A stretch of DNA of 64,000 bases from the human T2T-CHM13v2.0 reference genome, Homo sapiens: the NCBI RefSeq assembly GCF_009914755.1, contig NC_060927.1; one strand, given 5' to 3'. Under the pieces are notes generated by a model, which was not told where the DNA came from, searched no databases, and saw nothing but the letters and a program-made list of their open reading frames with translations. Position numbers and translations under genes: made by a program. Each line of letters starts with the position of its first letter. Position 1 is the stretch's first letter. Of this stretch, positions 14,388 through 26,335 are shown piece after piece.

Positions 14388-14530
14388 ATATATGTGTGCG
14401 CACGCTTGCATATATGTGTATGTACATACAAGCACGTGAATGTGCATATGTGCTAGTGTGAGGTGCATGTCAAACTGCACATGCATGTATGCAAGTGTGT
14501 GTGTGTGTGTGCGCGTGCACACATGTGCAT
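14388..14530. repeat. Alternating purine-pyrimidine (TG/TA/GC) tract
   Basis: ATATGTGTGCGCACGC...GTGTGTGTGTGTGTGTGCGCGTGCACACATGTGCA. Confidence 0.85.
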
Positions 14531-15099
14531 AAACACCCATGCTAGCATGCTTTAAAGAGGAGGGTGCCTCAAGGTGCTAAGGGCTGAGCAGATAAGGACT
14601 GGGTGATAAGGACTAGGCTTATTGAGTGAGTGAATGAATAAATGAATGAACAAAATGCCTGGCCTTGCAGTCTCCTCTGCATCCTTCCTAGCCCCAGATA
14701 GAGACAAGCCTTTTCTCTAAAGCAAGTGATGGGTGGCCTTTAGCATTTATCTCCACCATCATTATACCCTGTAGGACCCCCGGAACAGACCACCACCACC
14801 TCCCTTACAGAACTTTAAGAAGAAAAAAAGTGGAGTTTACTGGAAAATCCTTTCTCTGCATTATTTGTTCCTCAGTGACTGTGGTAATGACCCTAGGGCT
14901 GAGGGAGGAGGGGGACTGTAGACTTGTATAACCAGGCATGGTAACTAGAAAGTGCTCAAAAGAAATCCCTAGCAATGAAGCATGAATTTGGGGCACATAG
15001 TGCCGCCAGCAGCTGGGTGGCTGGAGTGAACTGTTTGCAAAGAGGATTGTGATCATTACTGGCATGGCTGCAGGCATGGCCCTTTGCATTGTGACTCTG

Positions 15100-15405
15100 T
15101 AAGGGGAGGGGGCCTTGCTTTTCTAACCCAGGACTCTGGGCTTGGCTGTGTAACTTGCTTTGGCCAATGGGATATTAGCAAATATGACACAAGCAGAAGC
15201 TTGAAAAGTGCTTGCACATTGGGATTTGCTCACTTTGGGCTCTTTTTCTTTTTTTAATTGACCAGAAAACTGCAGCCACAGGAGTGGCCCCAGTTGAACC
15301 CTGCCCAAATTGCTGACCCACAGAATCACGAGCACAGAAAATTGTGGTTGTTCTAAGTCACAGAGTTTCGAGGTAGTTTGTTACACAGCAACTGATAGCT
15401 GAAAC
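15100..15405 (+). mobile_element. MLT1 (F/G-like) MaLR LTR fragment
   Basis: ACTTGCTTTGGCCAATGGGATATTAGCAAA...GTTTGTTACACAGCAA...CTGAAACA. Confidence 0.75.
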
Positions 15406-16081
15406 AAAGGCTTTAAATAAGTCACTTCTCTGTGCCTCCATTTCTTTATCTGTAAAAATGTAAGAGTGTTAATTAAATAATATATATAAAATACCTAATA
15501 CAGAGTGAGATGCATCATAAGCACTCATGAAGTGGCTACAGATGTTAGGATCATCCCTGTTTGGCAACAAAGAGAAGGAGAGCCAACGAGGTTAATTGAT
15601 TTGGCCAAGCTCGTAAGTGGTGCAGCAGGAATTCAAATCCAGATCTGTCTGTGATCAGTGTGCACTGCTGTGATCCTGCATTGCCTTCCCTGTTGAGAAC
15701 TCCTTCTCTCTTCCTCTCATTCCCTCTGCTTCTTTAATTCCTACCCATCCAAAGGCACCAAGCTCAAAGCTCACCCTGGAACACAGTAGCCCACTTTTCT
15801 GAATCTTTTTCCTTCTTGTTCTCCCTCCCTCCCTCCCTCCTCCTCTCAACCCATCTCTCACACATGTGCATCTCCCTCAACTAATACACACCCATCTCCT
15901 CCTATGTGTGTGCATGGCTGGCCAGGGGCTCTGGGCACACTGTGGGGAACAAAGTCCAGCCCCACAGAGCTCACAGGCGAGTTACACAGCCAAGCCCAGA
16001 GGTACCTCCTCTGTGAGCCCACATGTCCAGCACATACTAGGCTCTGACTTGTGTTGTAGCAACAGTTCACACACTACTCTT

Positions 16082-16271
16082 TTTATATTATTATTATTAT
16101 TATACTTTAAATTCTAGGGTACATATGCACAACGTGCAGGTTTGTTACGTAGGTATACATGTGCCATGTTGGTTTGCTGCACCCATCAACTCGTCATTTA
16201 CATTAGGTATATCTCGTAATGCTATCGCTCCCCCAGTCCCCCACGCCCTCCCCCTCCGACAAGCCCCAGTG
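16082..16271 (-). mobile_element. L1PA 5'-truncated 3' end
   Basis: TTATTATACTTTAAATTCTAGGGTACA...; perfect 17-bp TSD GTTCACACACTACTCTT at 16065-16081 and 16272-16288. Confidence 0.95.
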
Positions 16272-16496
16272 GTTCACACACTACTCTTATCTCTCTGCCC
16301 AGATTCCAAACTCCTTAGGAGTAAGACCAGTTTCTTTCATGTATTCATCCCTCCCTCCTCCCTCCTTTGCTTCAGTGAGCACCCTGGAAGCACCAAGGAT
16401 GTACAAGACTCTGACAGAGACAGACTCTGAATATTCATGATCCCCCACTGTGCCCTACTGCAGCTCTGGGCCCACAGCATGTGGCCCCAAATGCTT

Positions 16497-16614
16497 GAAT
16501 TTAACTGAGTTTCTGAGTAACTACTAAAGACTCAGTGTGCAGGCAACAAATGATCGAATTTAACTGAGTTTCTGAGTAACTACTGAAGACTCAGTGTGCA
16601 GTCAACAAATGATC
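16497..16614. repeat. Tandem duplication, 59 bp x 2
   Basis: GAATTTAACTGAGTTTCTGAGTAACTACT(A/G)AAGACTCAGTGTGCAG(G/T)CAACAAATGATC twice, 2 mismatches. Confidence 0.95.
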
Positions 16615-19147
16615 TTCACAGGGGGTGTGCTGGCACCATGAGGATCCCACTCTTCCAAAGGAGAGAGCTAGGACCCTTCTTCCTCCACTAGCTTCTGGTG
16701 ACCCTCACCAGGCTGCTGTGGAAATGGCAAGGCATGGCTTGTCCTGTTGGGGCCTCAGCCACCCTGCCTGGCCTGTGTCTCCAATACCAGCGGCATTTCT
16801 GTCCAGCCATCCTGCCCTGCAGCCAGCACAGGGAGGTGTGCATGGAGCACCTGCTGGATTCAGGCCACTGTGCTGGGCACTGGGACCTTGAAGGACACAG
16901 AGAGATGCCACTGTCCTCCTGATCTCTGACCATCACCTGGCCTTGTCCAGTCTACAAACCACAGAAAGGTGACCATCCCTGTTTGTCACAGGTGAAACTG
17001 ACAAGTGAAGGGACTTGCCCAAGGCCACACAGCTGGGTTCAAATGGAGCCTTTGGGCCTTTCATGCAGTGTTTCTCAGCCAAGACCTGACTCCCAGGGAG
17101 TTTATACTCCAACATGTTGGGAGACGGGATATAGACAATAAAGATACAAGAGATTTTGGTACATCTGCCATAGGAACTTGAAGCCGAGAGGTAATAACAT
17201 TCTGAAGGTGGCGAGGTTTGGTCTGAGTTTGAAAAATGAGCATGACACTAACAGGTAGGTATAGACAGCAGGGATTGCAGGGAAAAAGCAGCAGAGGGGG
17301 AAGGTATTTGGTGTAAATAGAGGGCACCAAGAAGAGGAGCCCCGCTGGAGGTCACAGCAAAAGTAAGAGACCTAGGTGGGAATGAATGGGGGGGTCCCAG
17401 GACATTGGGGCTAAGTTGTTTTGACACTGTGGAGGAAAGTGACCCATTCAAAGTGGAGCCTGAGGAACATAAAAAGGACCTAGACTGGGGAGCACCTGGT
17501 CTAGCCAAACTCGCTGCAGAATTCTGAGCACGACAATCCCATTCGGTTTACCAGGCTTGCATTATTTATCACCACCCTTCCCCCCACCGTGAGTATGTAC
17601 AACAGCCTACCTCACACCCATCAAGGAGGAGCCAATGATAGTGATGATGATGATAGTGACACTCAGAACTTCTGGTACAGAATGCTCTTTTTTTCTCTAT
17701 GTTCTAAGCATCCATTGCATACAGGATCTCCTCGAATTCTCACAGGGACGTGCACTAAGCAGGTACTAGTATTTCTACTTAACACCTGGATTTGAACCCA
17801 GATCTCTGGCTTCAAAATCTGTGCCTTAACCCAGCAGGCTGTTCTGCCCCCCAGTGACCAGCTGACGCAAAGCAATATGCATTCTCAAGCAGCAATTCTT
17901 CCTTTACCCTAAGAATGACTCAACTAAAAACTACCCACAACTCAAGTTTTGCTTCTTAATTTGGAATCACAGAATTAAAAGTTTCAACTTTTATCTAAGA
18001 ACTCTCAGCCCCGTTTTACTGATTGGGAGACTGAGGCCCAGGAAAAAAAATGCCTTGCCTAGAGTTCCGTAGCTTGTTGGGATCTGAGGCAGGCTTTCTG
18101 ACCTGAGGTCCAGGCCCTCCCGCAAAGGCTCTCAGTGCCTCTGAGGAATTTACCACCTGCTGGCCACACAGGATATAAACACAGAAAGATAATAAAACCA
18201 AACAGAAGGGGCTTCTCACAGACTGCTGTTCTTTCCCCTCATACCAGGGATTTTCAAATACAATTTTACCAGCAGATTCTCCCCAACACACAAACAAACA
18301 CACTTTTCATGAAATGCTATATAGGGCACCTATCTATTTAAAACATAACCATTCTTCTCTGTTCTGATTGGGTAGGATTGAGGGGCCTGGAGCTCTACCT
18401 GCTGGGTCTACCCACCCCACTCCCCATATCTCTCCATGGGGTCCCCACATTCCTCTTGAGGAAGCCGTAGGCTCCTCAAAGCACAGTCTGAAAGTTCCTG
18501 CATCATCACCTCATGTGTTTGTGTCCCCATTTGCTCACCTTCTTGGATTCTAAAACTCATCTCAAGCACAGTTAGATGTTGACTCCAAGCAGGTAACAAA
18601 GTCAGCCGTGGACCACACTGTGATGTTATGAAACTATGCCTTGGAGATGGCAATGCAGGCTCACCCCATGACCTCCCGTGATCCTCGGAACCGTGCTCCA
18701 TTTTGCAGATGCACAGACTGAGACCCAGACAAACTGCCCACCTGCCTATGGTCCTACAGTTGGTAAGGAGGGGCCTCTGCTGGAGCCTGTGCTGCCTCAC
18801 TCCAAAACTCACATCCCTGCCTTCAGGAGCCTTCACACTCACACTCCCCCGGCCTTGACTTTGTGCCCTCTGTTCTTGCAGGTAACACGCCCCACAGCGG
18901 CAGGTCGTTTGAATCTCTCGTGAATTTTGACAAACTAGACAAGCCCAGGCCCTGCCCCAGATGTACAGAATCAGAAGCTGGGGCTGTGAGTCATTACATC
19001 CTGACACGATGACCCACTGTCACTCAGCATAAAACGCAGCAAAAAAGGCCTGGGGTCATTCCAGACCTCTGTTTTGCTTCCCTCCAGCTCTGGTGATGAA
19101 GACAGAGACCCAATCCCAAAACAGCAGTGAGCCTGGGCAGAACTTAC

Positions 19148-19210
19148 TGTGTAGAGCTCATTGGTCACCTTCAGGAGCTCCTCGTGCATCTGCAGGCCAA
19201 TCTCCTTGCT
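19148..19210 (-). CDS. SRGAP3: SRGAP3 coding exon (probably exon 4), 63 nt
   Basis: Acceptor TTCTTCCACATTCCAG| with CTGAC branch-like motif upstream; SKEIGLQMHEELLKVTNELYT; donor ACA|GTAAGT; phase 0/0. Confidence 0.95.
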
Positions 19211-19711
19211 CTGGAATGTGGAAGAACAAATGTCAGCGGGGGAGAAGTTTGCTGGCTACATTTACCAATCTCTTTTCAAAAGCGAAAGGTCAGGAATGTT
19301 TCGGGTGGGGTCAGAAGGGGTACAGAAATCAGCATAAATTTCATTGATCTACAACAACATAAATTCCTCAACTATGTCCATGAAACAAACCCACAGAGAG
19401 AGGTTCCTTGCAGATGGGATTCCCTGATCATATGAGTTGGAGAACCCTACACATCATTTCCCTACCACAGTGACTCACAGTGACAGTAGCATATTAAAGA
19501 TGTGGGGAAACCCCACAGAATTTTTCTTTAATTCTACGTGTACTAAGCTGGTATGACCAGGGTCTGAGCTCCTTGCACAATCCTCATGAATGGCTACAGA
19601 GTGGGGTTCCATAGAACACACTTTGAGAAACAATGATTTGGCATCCCAATTCCTCTTGAGAGTAAATGATAATTCTCAAGTCCTCCAGGAAAAATCTCAG
19701 GTCCTCCAGAA

Positions 19712-20192
19712 TATGAGTCCCCAGCCTCCAGGCCACAGATCAGTCCATGGCCCACTAAGAACCAGGCCACACAGCAGGAGGTGAGCGGTGGGTGAGCGGG
19801 CATTACCATCTGAGCTCCTGTCAGATCAGTGGTGGCATTAGATTCTCATACGTCCTCGAACCCTGGTGTGAACTGCGCATGTGGGGGATCTAGGTTGCAC
19901 GCTCCTTATGAAAATCTAATGCAGGATGATCTGTCACTGTCTCCCATCACCCCCAGATGAAACCATGTAGTTGCAGGAAAACAAGCTCAGGGCTCAGGGC
20001 TCAAACTGATTCTACATTACAGTGAGTTGCATAATTATTTCATTATATATTACAATGCAATAATACAGAAATGAAATACACAATAAATATAATGTGCTTC
20101 AGTCATCCCGAAACCATCGCCCCACCCTGGTCCATGGAAAAATTGTCTTCCACAAAACTGGTCCCTGGTGCAAAAAAGGTTGGGGACCACTG
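19712..20192 (+). mobile_element. MER1A hAT-Charlie DNA transposon
   Basis: Typical MER1 body ending GGTTGGGGACCACTG; 8-bp TSD CTCCAGAA at 19704-19711 and 20193-20200. Confidence 0.9.
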
Positions 20193-20594
20193 CTCCAGAA
20201 GATGTTTCCTGAAGGCTTGTCTTCCTTGACTGAGAATCAGCAGCTGGCACCCACTTGGACATCGCCTTCCTAGCTTTCAAGGACTGGTTACAACAGATGC
20301 CCTAACCTTAGTTTGACTCCAAATTTCAGCTCAGCCCTCCCCAGTGCTGGTCCCCTGGTCTGCCTAATCTCATCTTACCATTGCCTGGATCCTGACACAG
20401 TCGCAAGTCCACACTCTCAAGATGTCTCTTCCAATGAGGAACAGGAGAAGTACAGGTTGGCAGAAAGGCCTCTGGGGCACAAGGCAAAAGATCTAGCTTC
20501 TCATTTCCACTGTTGGCTGTGTGGCCTTGGAGAATCACTTCCCCCTTTGAGCCTTAGCTACCTCACCTATCAGATAAAAAGCTTAAACTAAAAC

Positions 20595-20865
20595 AATACT
20601 TTCCAAAGCATGGTCTGAAGATCACTGCTAGATGCTATGCTAAAAAGGGGGAGCAGGGGCTTCTAAGACTACATGCATTTGAGAAAAAGCTAATTGAACA
20701 AAGGTAGACAAGTTTTCTTAATGCAGGACTTCTCAGTGCCTTTCATGTCCTTCCTTGCATGGAGACTTTCTAAGAAGGAGGTATAGTCTGTAGTTTCATT
20801 GACCACAGTCCTATTTCCATGAAGTGGCTTTCATGATATTTAAGGACACAATTCAGAAAACAATG
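20595..20865. mobile_element. MER103C-like hAT relic
   Basis: CAATACTTTCCAAAG...TGCAGGACTTCTCAG...CAGAAAACAATG termini; a similar relic lies at about 19380-19635. Confidence 0.5.
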
Positions 20866-20959
20866 AGAAAATTATCTCTAGGTTCCATGCAGCTTGAAGA
20901 GTCTAGAATTCTTTGTTATTTTATTTATGATTGTGATTATGATTTTGGTAAATATTCTC

Positions 20960-21705
20960 TGCTATAATCTGAATGTTTGTGTCTCCCTCAAAATTCCTAT
21001 TTTGAAATCCTAACCCCCAATGTGATGGTATTAGGAGGTGACGTCTTTGGGAGGTGATTAGGTCATAAGGGTGGAGCCCTCAGGAATGGGATTAGTGCCT
21101 GATATGGTTTGAACCTCTGTTCCTGCCAAATCTCATGCTGAAATGTAATTCTCAGCATTGGAGGCAGAGCCTGGCAGGAGATGTTTGCATCATGGGGGTG
21201 AACGGCTCAGTGACATCCCCTTGGTGTATTCTGAAGTGTGTGGCACCTGCGCCTCTCACTCTCTCTCTGTTGCTCCCACTCCTGCCTTGTGAAATGCCTG
21301 CTCCACCCTCACCTTCTACCATGATTGGAAGCTTCCTGAGATCTCACCAGGAGCAGATGCCTGTGCTATGCTTCCTGTACAGCCTGCAGAACTGTGAGCC
21401 AATTAAACCTCTTTTCTTTACAAATTACCCGGCCTCAGGTATTCCTTTACAGCAATGTAAGAACAGACTAATACAATGCCCTTAAAGAGACCCAAGACAG
21501 CTACCTTGCCCCTTCCACCATGTGAAGACACAGCAAGAGATTGCCCTCTATGAACCAGGAAGCAAGCTCTCACCAGACATCAAATCTGTCAGTGTCTTGC
21601 TCTTAGACTTCCCAGCCTCTAGAACTGTGAGAAATACATTTCTGTTGTTTATAAGTCACCCAGTCTACGGTATTTTGTTATAGACACCTAAAAGGACCAA
21701 GACAT
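20960..21705 (+). mobile_element. MLT1A-like MaLR LTR hosting a nested MST LTR
   Basis: TGCTATAATCTGAATGTTTGTGTC...GGGATTAGTGCC resumes after 21475 and ends GGACCAAGACA. Confidence 0.85.
21100..21475 (+). mobile_element. MSTB-like MaLR solo LTR
   Basis: TGATATGGTTTG...GACTAATACA termini; 5-bp TSD GTGCC/ATGCC. Confidence 0.88.
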
Positions 21706-22068
21706 TCTCCCTGTTTGCCAAGACCATCGTGTTGAGTTTCTGTATCGAAAATGGGAGCCGTGATCTTGGCTCCCTGAGCAGCTGCAGCCTCCTGCTCTTC
21801 CTCCCAGTTCCTTCAGCCTCATAGCTGGACCAGCTGCTAATGGGCAAAGAACAGCCTTCCTCCCACCCTTGCAGAGGTGAGAAGCCTCTGAATCCAGTGG
21901 TAGCTCATGAAGGCTTAATATCAGAATGATGCCTTCTCAGGCTCCTTCTCCTCACCCCCCACAGCCCTTTCTCTCAGCTTCCGGGCCTGGCTTGCCAAGA
22001 ATCACCCCTCTGAAGGTGGTCTCTGCTTGTGCCAGACCCCTTAACAGACAGCAGAAACCTCGAAGGCA

Positions 22069-22182
22069 ATTCCAGAGACCTATTTACACCTCCCTCCAGC
22101 TTCGAGAGGGTGTGGAGAACCTTCTGTGCAGAGCTCACTGGGGACCTTCAACAGTGTCCTGTGATTTCTGTACTGGTGCTCT
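22069..22182 (-). pseudogene. Decayed local copy of the 63-nt SRGAP3 exon and its downstream intron flank
   Basis: 22116-22150 matches 19139-19173 at 29/35 ungapped; colinear blocks on both sides; donor GT changed to GA. Confidence 0.65.
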
Positions 22183-22374
22183 ATGAACCCAATTAGCTAT
22201 CCCCATTTCCTATTCTCCATGACTCTCTCAAGTGAACAATCAGTGCCTCAGTTTCCCCTGTGGCCCCTCCCCCTGATGTTTCCCCATCACTGCTGACTCC
22301 AGATTCTCTGACACTCTCCAGTGGCCTCCTCTTGGTCCTCAAACTCCCCAACACCTTTGACACCCAAGACCCTA

Positions 22375-22830
22375 TTTCTTATGTGTTTATTTTTATGATC
22401 TTTTTACATAGGTAATAAAGGCACATGGTTAAAGAAATTCTAACAGCCAGCAGGTAAAATGGAAAGAATAAGTCTCCCAAGGCTCCTCCTTGTCCAGAGG
22501 CAACTGCTACAAAAAATTTCTTCTGATACTTTCCAGAAATAATCTATGAATAAACAAACATATATTTGCATATCATATGTTCTCTCTTAACACAAATGGG
22601 AGCATATCATACACACCTTTGCATCTTTTCACTTAACGATATCTCTGAGAAATTTTTCCATCATGTAACTTTTATATCCCCTTTTTTGCACAGCTGCTTG
22701 GGATTCCATATACCAGAGGCATCATAATTAATTTAGCCAGCTCCTTAGGGATGGATATTTACATTGCCTCCAGCATCTTATTATCTCAAACATTGATGCT
22801 GTGAACATCCTTGTGTGCTGTCACTGTGCA
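22375..22830 (-). mobile_element. Old L1ME-like 3' fragment
   Basis: CCAGAGGCAACTGCTAC, TTTTCACTTAACGATA, GATGGATATTTACATTG antisense motifs. Confidence 0.65.
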
Positions 22831-23299
22831 TATGGGCAGGGACCCCATCCTAGAGGCAGTTCTGCTGGGAAGAGTCCTGTCTTCAGAATTCCCTCCAGCC
22901 TTCCCTTCTTGGTCCCTGCTGCAGCTGGCTCCCTCACACGCTCCTGACTCCAGTTCCCACTTCTTGGTGACCAGAAGCCATGTCATCATCTCCCAGGCCT
23001 CTCTCCTGGGTTCTGTCCTGCCCAGGAGACCTTCAGCCCAAGCTCAAAGACCTGTATCCTTAGCTGCTGCAAAACAGTATGGTCTAGATGTCCCCTCATC
23101 CCCGCAAACTCAAATTATCCAAAGGTGAACTGTTCCCCCATCCCTTCAATTTTGGTCAATGCGATAGTATCTTCCTGGGCTTCTCAACTGGATACCTAGG
23201 AGTTCTATTTGATACTTTGTTTAATCTGTCTTTCTCAATCCAATCTGTTACTGGGTCCTGCCTGCAAACTTTCCAATTATTTGTTGTGAGTAGCAGGCA

Positions 23300-23770
23300 A
23301 GCTGGCCTCCCCCACCTCCCAATATCCATTCTTGCCCTTCCTATTTCCTAAGAGAGCCATGAATTTTCCCAGGAATTCATTCCTCCAGGAGAGTTCTTCA
23401 AGGGAAGCTGGAGGCCATCCCAACTCAAGACGGTGGATTCTGGTGTGTGTTATTAGTCCAGAGGTGAGTATGTGACTTAACTGGATGGAAGAGAAAGACT
23501 TCTGTGGTCAAATGGAAAGTTTTAGCTTTTCTACTGAGTGCTGGCAAAAAAAGAAAAAAGAAAGAAATGCATGTAGCCCAGTTGCTACCAGCAGGCATCT
23601 TAGAACCAAAAGAGGAAGCAGACTTAGGATTAATGACCTTCTGGACAATTGATTGGACTGAAGACGCACAGCCTGCCTCCCAGTGAACTTCCACTTCTGT
23701 AGCTTTATTGATCAAGTCACTTTCAGCTGGGGTTTTCTGTTACTTGCAGCCAAAAGCATCCTAAGGGATT
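23300..23770 (+). mobile_element. Old MLT1 (J/K-like) LTR
   Basis: Ends GGGTTTTCTGTTACTTGCAGCCAAAAGCATCCTAA. Confidence 0.65.
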
Positions 23771-24466
23771 CAGTCCTATTTTCCACTACCAGTTCCCGTA
23801 GCAAGCATATCATCACCACAGACCCAGATTCACTTTGTTAAGAGGCACCTCTTACCAAAATCCTTAGCTCTTGTGTCTTTGAGTTTACAGTCCATTCTGC
23901 AGGCCTGTGCCAGTGAAATTTCCTGGAAATGGACTTATCCTATTCCTCCAAACCCTCCTCATTGTCTACAGAATCAAGCCCCAGTTCCTTAGCTTGAATT
24001 TTGAGTCAAGCTAACTCTACACGACTAGCACAGGCCTGTTGGGCAGCAGAGGGGATGACTTTGGGGGCCACAGAGACCTGGTTTGGAGGCAGGGCTTTCA
24101 GTCATTCAACCTATTGGCATCTTAGCTTTCCTGACTGTAAAATGAGCACCTTGTTATGTCTTCTCTGCACTTGTAAATGATCTTGTTTGTTTATTTGTTC
24201 ATTCATTTATCATTTGCTTCCCTTGCTTCAATGTCAGCCCCATGAGGGCAAAGAGACTTTCTCTCTGGCAATGAATGCTCAGGCAGACAGCCCTCAGCTG
24301 AGAGCACCCTACAGGGATGGCCTCAGAGGACAAAATGACACCAAGTATACACCTCCTTCTCAGTGTAGTCCTTGCCCAAAGACTGATCATTGTGGGGCAG
24401 AGAGGTCAGCCTCTTCCTGTCTCAACTCAGACAGCTCTGAGGAGTCATTCCATCTTCAGAACTCCC

Positions 24467-25108
24467 TGCTTCTACACTGTTGGTGGGAGTGTAAATTAGT
24501 TCAACCATTGTGGAAGACAGTGTGGCAATTCCTCAAAGATCTAAAGTGAAAAATACCATTTGACCCAGCAATCCCATTACTGGGTATATACCCAAAGGAA
24601 TATAAATTGTTCTACTATAAAGACACATGCATGTGTATGTTCATTGCATCACTATTCACAATAGCAAAGACTTGGAATCAACCCAAATACCGATCAATGA
24701 TAGATTAGAAAAAGAAAATATGGTACATATATACCATGGAATACTATGCAGCCATAAAAAAGAATGAAATCATGTCCTTTACAGATATGAATGAAGCTGG
24801 AAGCCATTATACTTAGCAAACTAACACAGTAACAGAAAACCAAATACCACATATTCTTACTTATAAGTGGGAGCTAAATAATGAAAACACATTGATACAT
24901 ACAGGGAAAAACACACACTGGGGCCTATCAGAGGATGGATGGTGGGAGGAGGGAGAGGATCAGGAAATATAACTAATGGATACAAGGCTAAAAACCTAGA
25001 TGATAAAATAATTGGTATAACAAACTCCCATGACACACGTTTACCTATGTAACAAACCTGTACATCCTGTACATGTACCTCTGAACTGAAAATAAAAATT
25101 TTAAAAAA
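24467..25108 (+). mobile_element. L1PA (older primate) ORF2 end plus 3' UTR
   Basis: LLHCWWECKLVQPLWKTVWQFLKDLK ORF2 C-terminal peptide, then L1 3' UTR and A tail. Confidence 0.93.
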
Positions 25109-25365
25109 GCTCCCCACCAGGCTGGCTAGGATTTCTAGTAAGGCAGCCTGCATCACAGCTCGACCTTACCCTGCTGCCTCACCTGCCTTCCCAAGTGGCT
25201 GATCCAGAGAACACTCCTTCATCGTTCCCCTAGAAGCTAAATTCAGATGTCCCAGGGTCTGCTTCCTGGGGGACCCAATCTGCAATATCTTATTTCCCTA
25301 TTCCTGCATTTCTGCAATGCAACAGAGTCTGCCACAGAGTACGTGCTCATTAAATATGTTTGCTT

Positions 25366-25659
25366 GGCCAGGCATGGTGGCTCGCACCTGTAATCCCAGC
25401 ACTTTGAGAGACTGAGGCAGGCAGATGACCTGAGCCCAGGATTCGAGACCAGCCTGGGCAACATGGTGAAACCCTGTCTCTATCAAACATACAAAAAATT
25501 AGCCAAGTGTGGTGGCACACACCTGTAGTCCCAAGGGAGGCTGAGTTGGGAAGATCATTTAAGCCTGGTAGGTAGGGGTTGCAGGGAGCTGAGATTGTGC
25601 CACTGCATTCCAGCCTGGGTGACAGAATGAGACTGTTTCAAAAAAAAAAAAAAAAAAAA
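25366..25659 (+). mobile_element. AluJ SINE
   Basis: Dimeric Alu with a ~21-nt A tail running into an AT-rich tract. Confidence 0.9.
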
Positions 25660-26335
25660 CCATATATACGTATGTGTGTATATATGTGGGTGTGTATATG
25701 TGTGTGTGTATATATATAGGTACACACATATCTACATAAATATACACATATATACACCCACATATACATATATGAAATACATATTATATGTATCTGTATA
25801 TTATATATGTATACATATATACACACACATCTACACATATACATATAATATGTATTTTATATGTATATATGTATTACATATACATATAATATGTATTTTA
25901 TATGTATATATGTATTACATATACATATATGTATTTTATATGTATATATGTATTACATATACATATAATATGTATTTTATATGTATATATGTATTACATA
26001 TACATATAATATACATATACATATATGTATAGTACATATGTATACATACTATACACATATGTATATTATGGACAAGGCTAGGAAGTTGCCCAGAGAAGGG
26101 AATATAAAATTGAATTTTTTAGTAACTCTTCCCTTAAGAATCTCCCAGTTTGCTGGGGTAGAGTCAAGAACACAATTCTAAGGCAGGAGGCGGAAAGGGC
26201 CATACAAGAGTAAATATACATATATGTATATTATGTATGCATATGTAACATACATATACATATAAAATACACATTATATGTATATGTGTATATATGTGTG
26301 TATATGTATTTATATGTGTGTGTGTATATATATGT
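25660..26335. repeat. AT-rich (TA/TACA/TATG) tract with a 41/38-bp minisatellite x4 at 25849-26009, interrupted by a 145-bp insert
   Basis: Unit TATGTATTTTATATGTATATATGTATTACATATACATATAA starts at 25849, 25890, 25928 and 25969. Confidence 0.92.

Noticed and set aside
16497-16614. Possible CRISPR-like repeat
   Set aside because: Only two abutting units with no spacers, in a eukaryotic intron.
18408-19007. 199-aa minus-strand ORF
   Set aside because: Crosses MIR-derived sequence; no protein-like features or exon support.
24187-24549. ORF ending LLHCWWECKLVQPLWKTVWQFLKDLK
   Set aside because: Remnant of the L1 ORF2 C-terminus, not a host gene.
25638-26181. Tyr/Ile-rich ORFs
   Set aside because: Translation of the AT-rich microsatellite.
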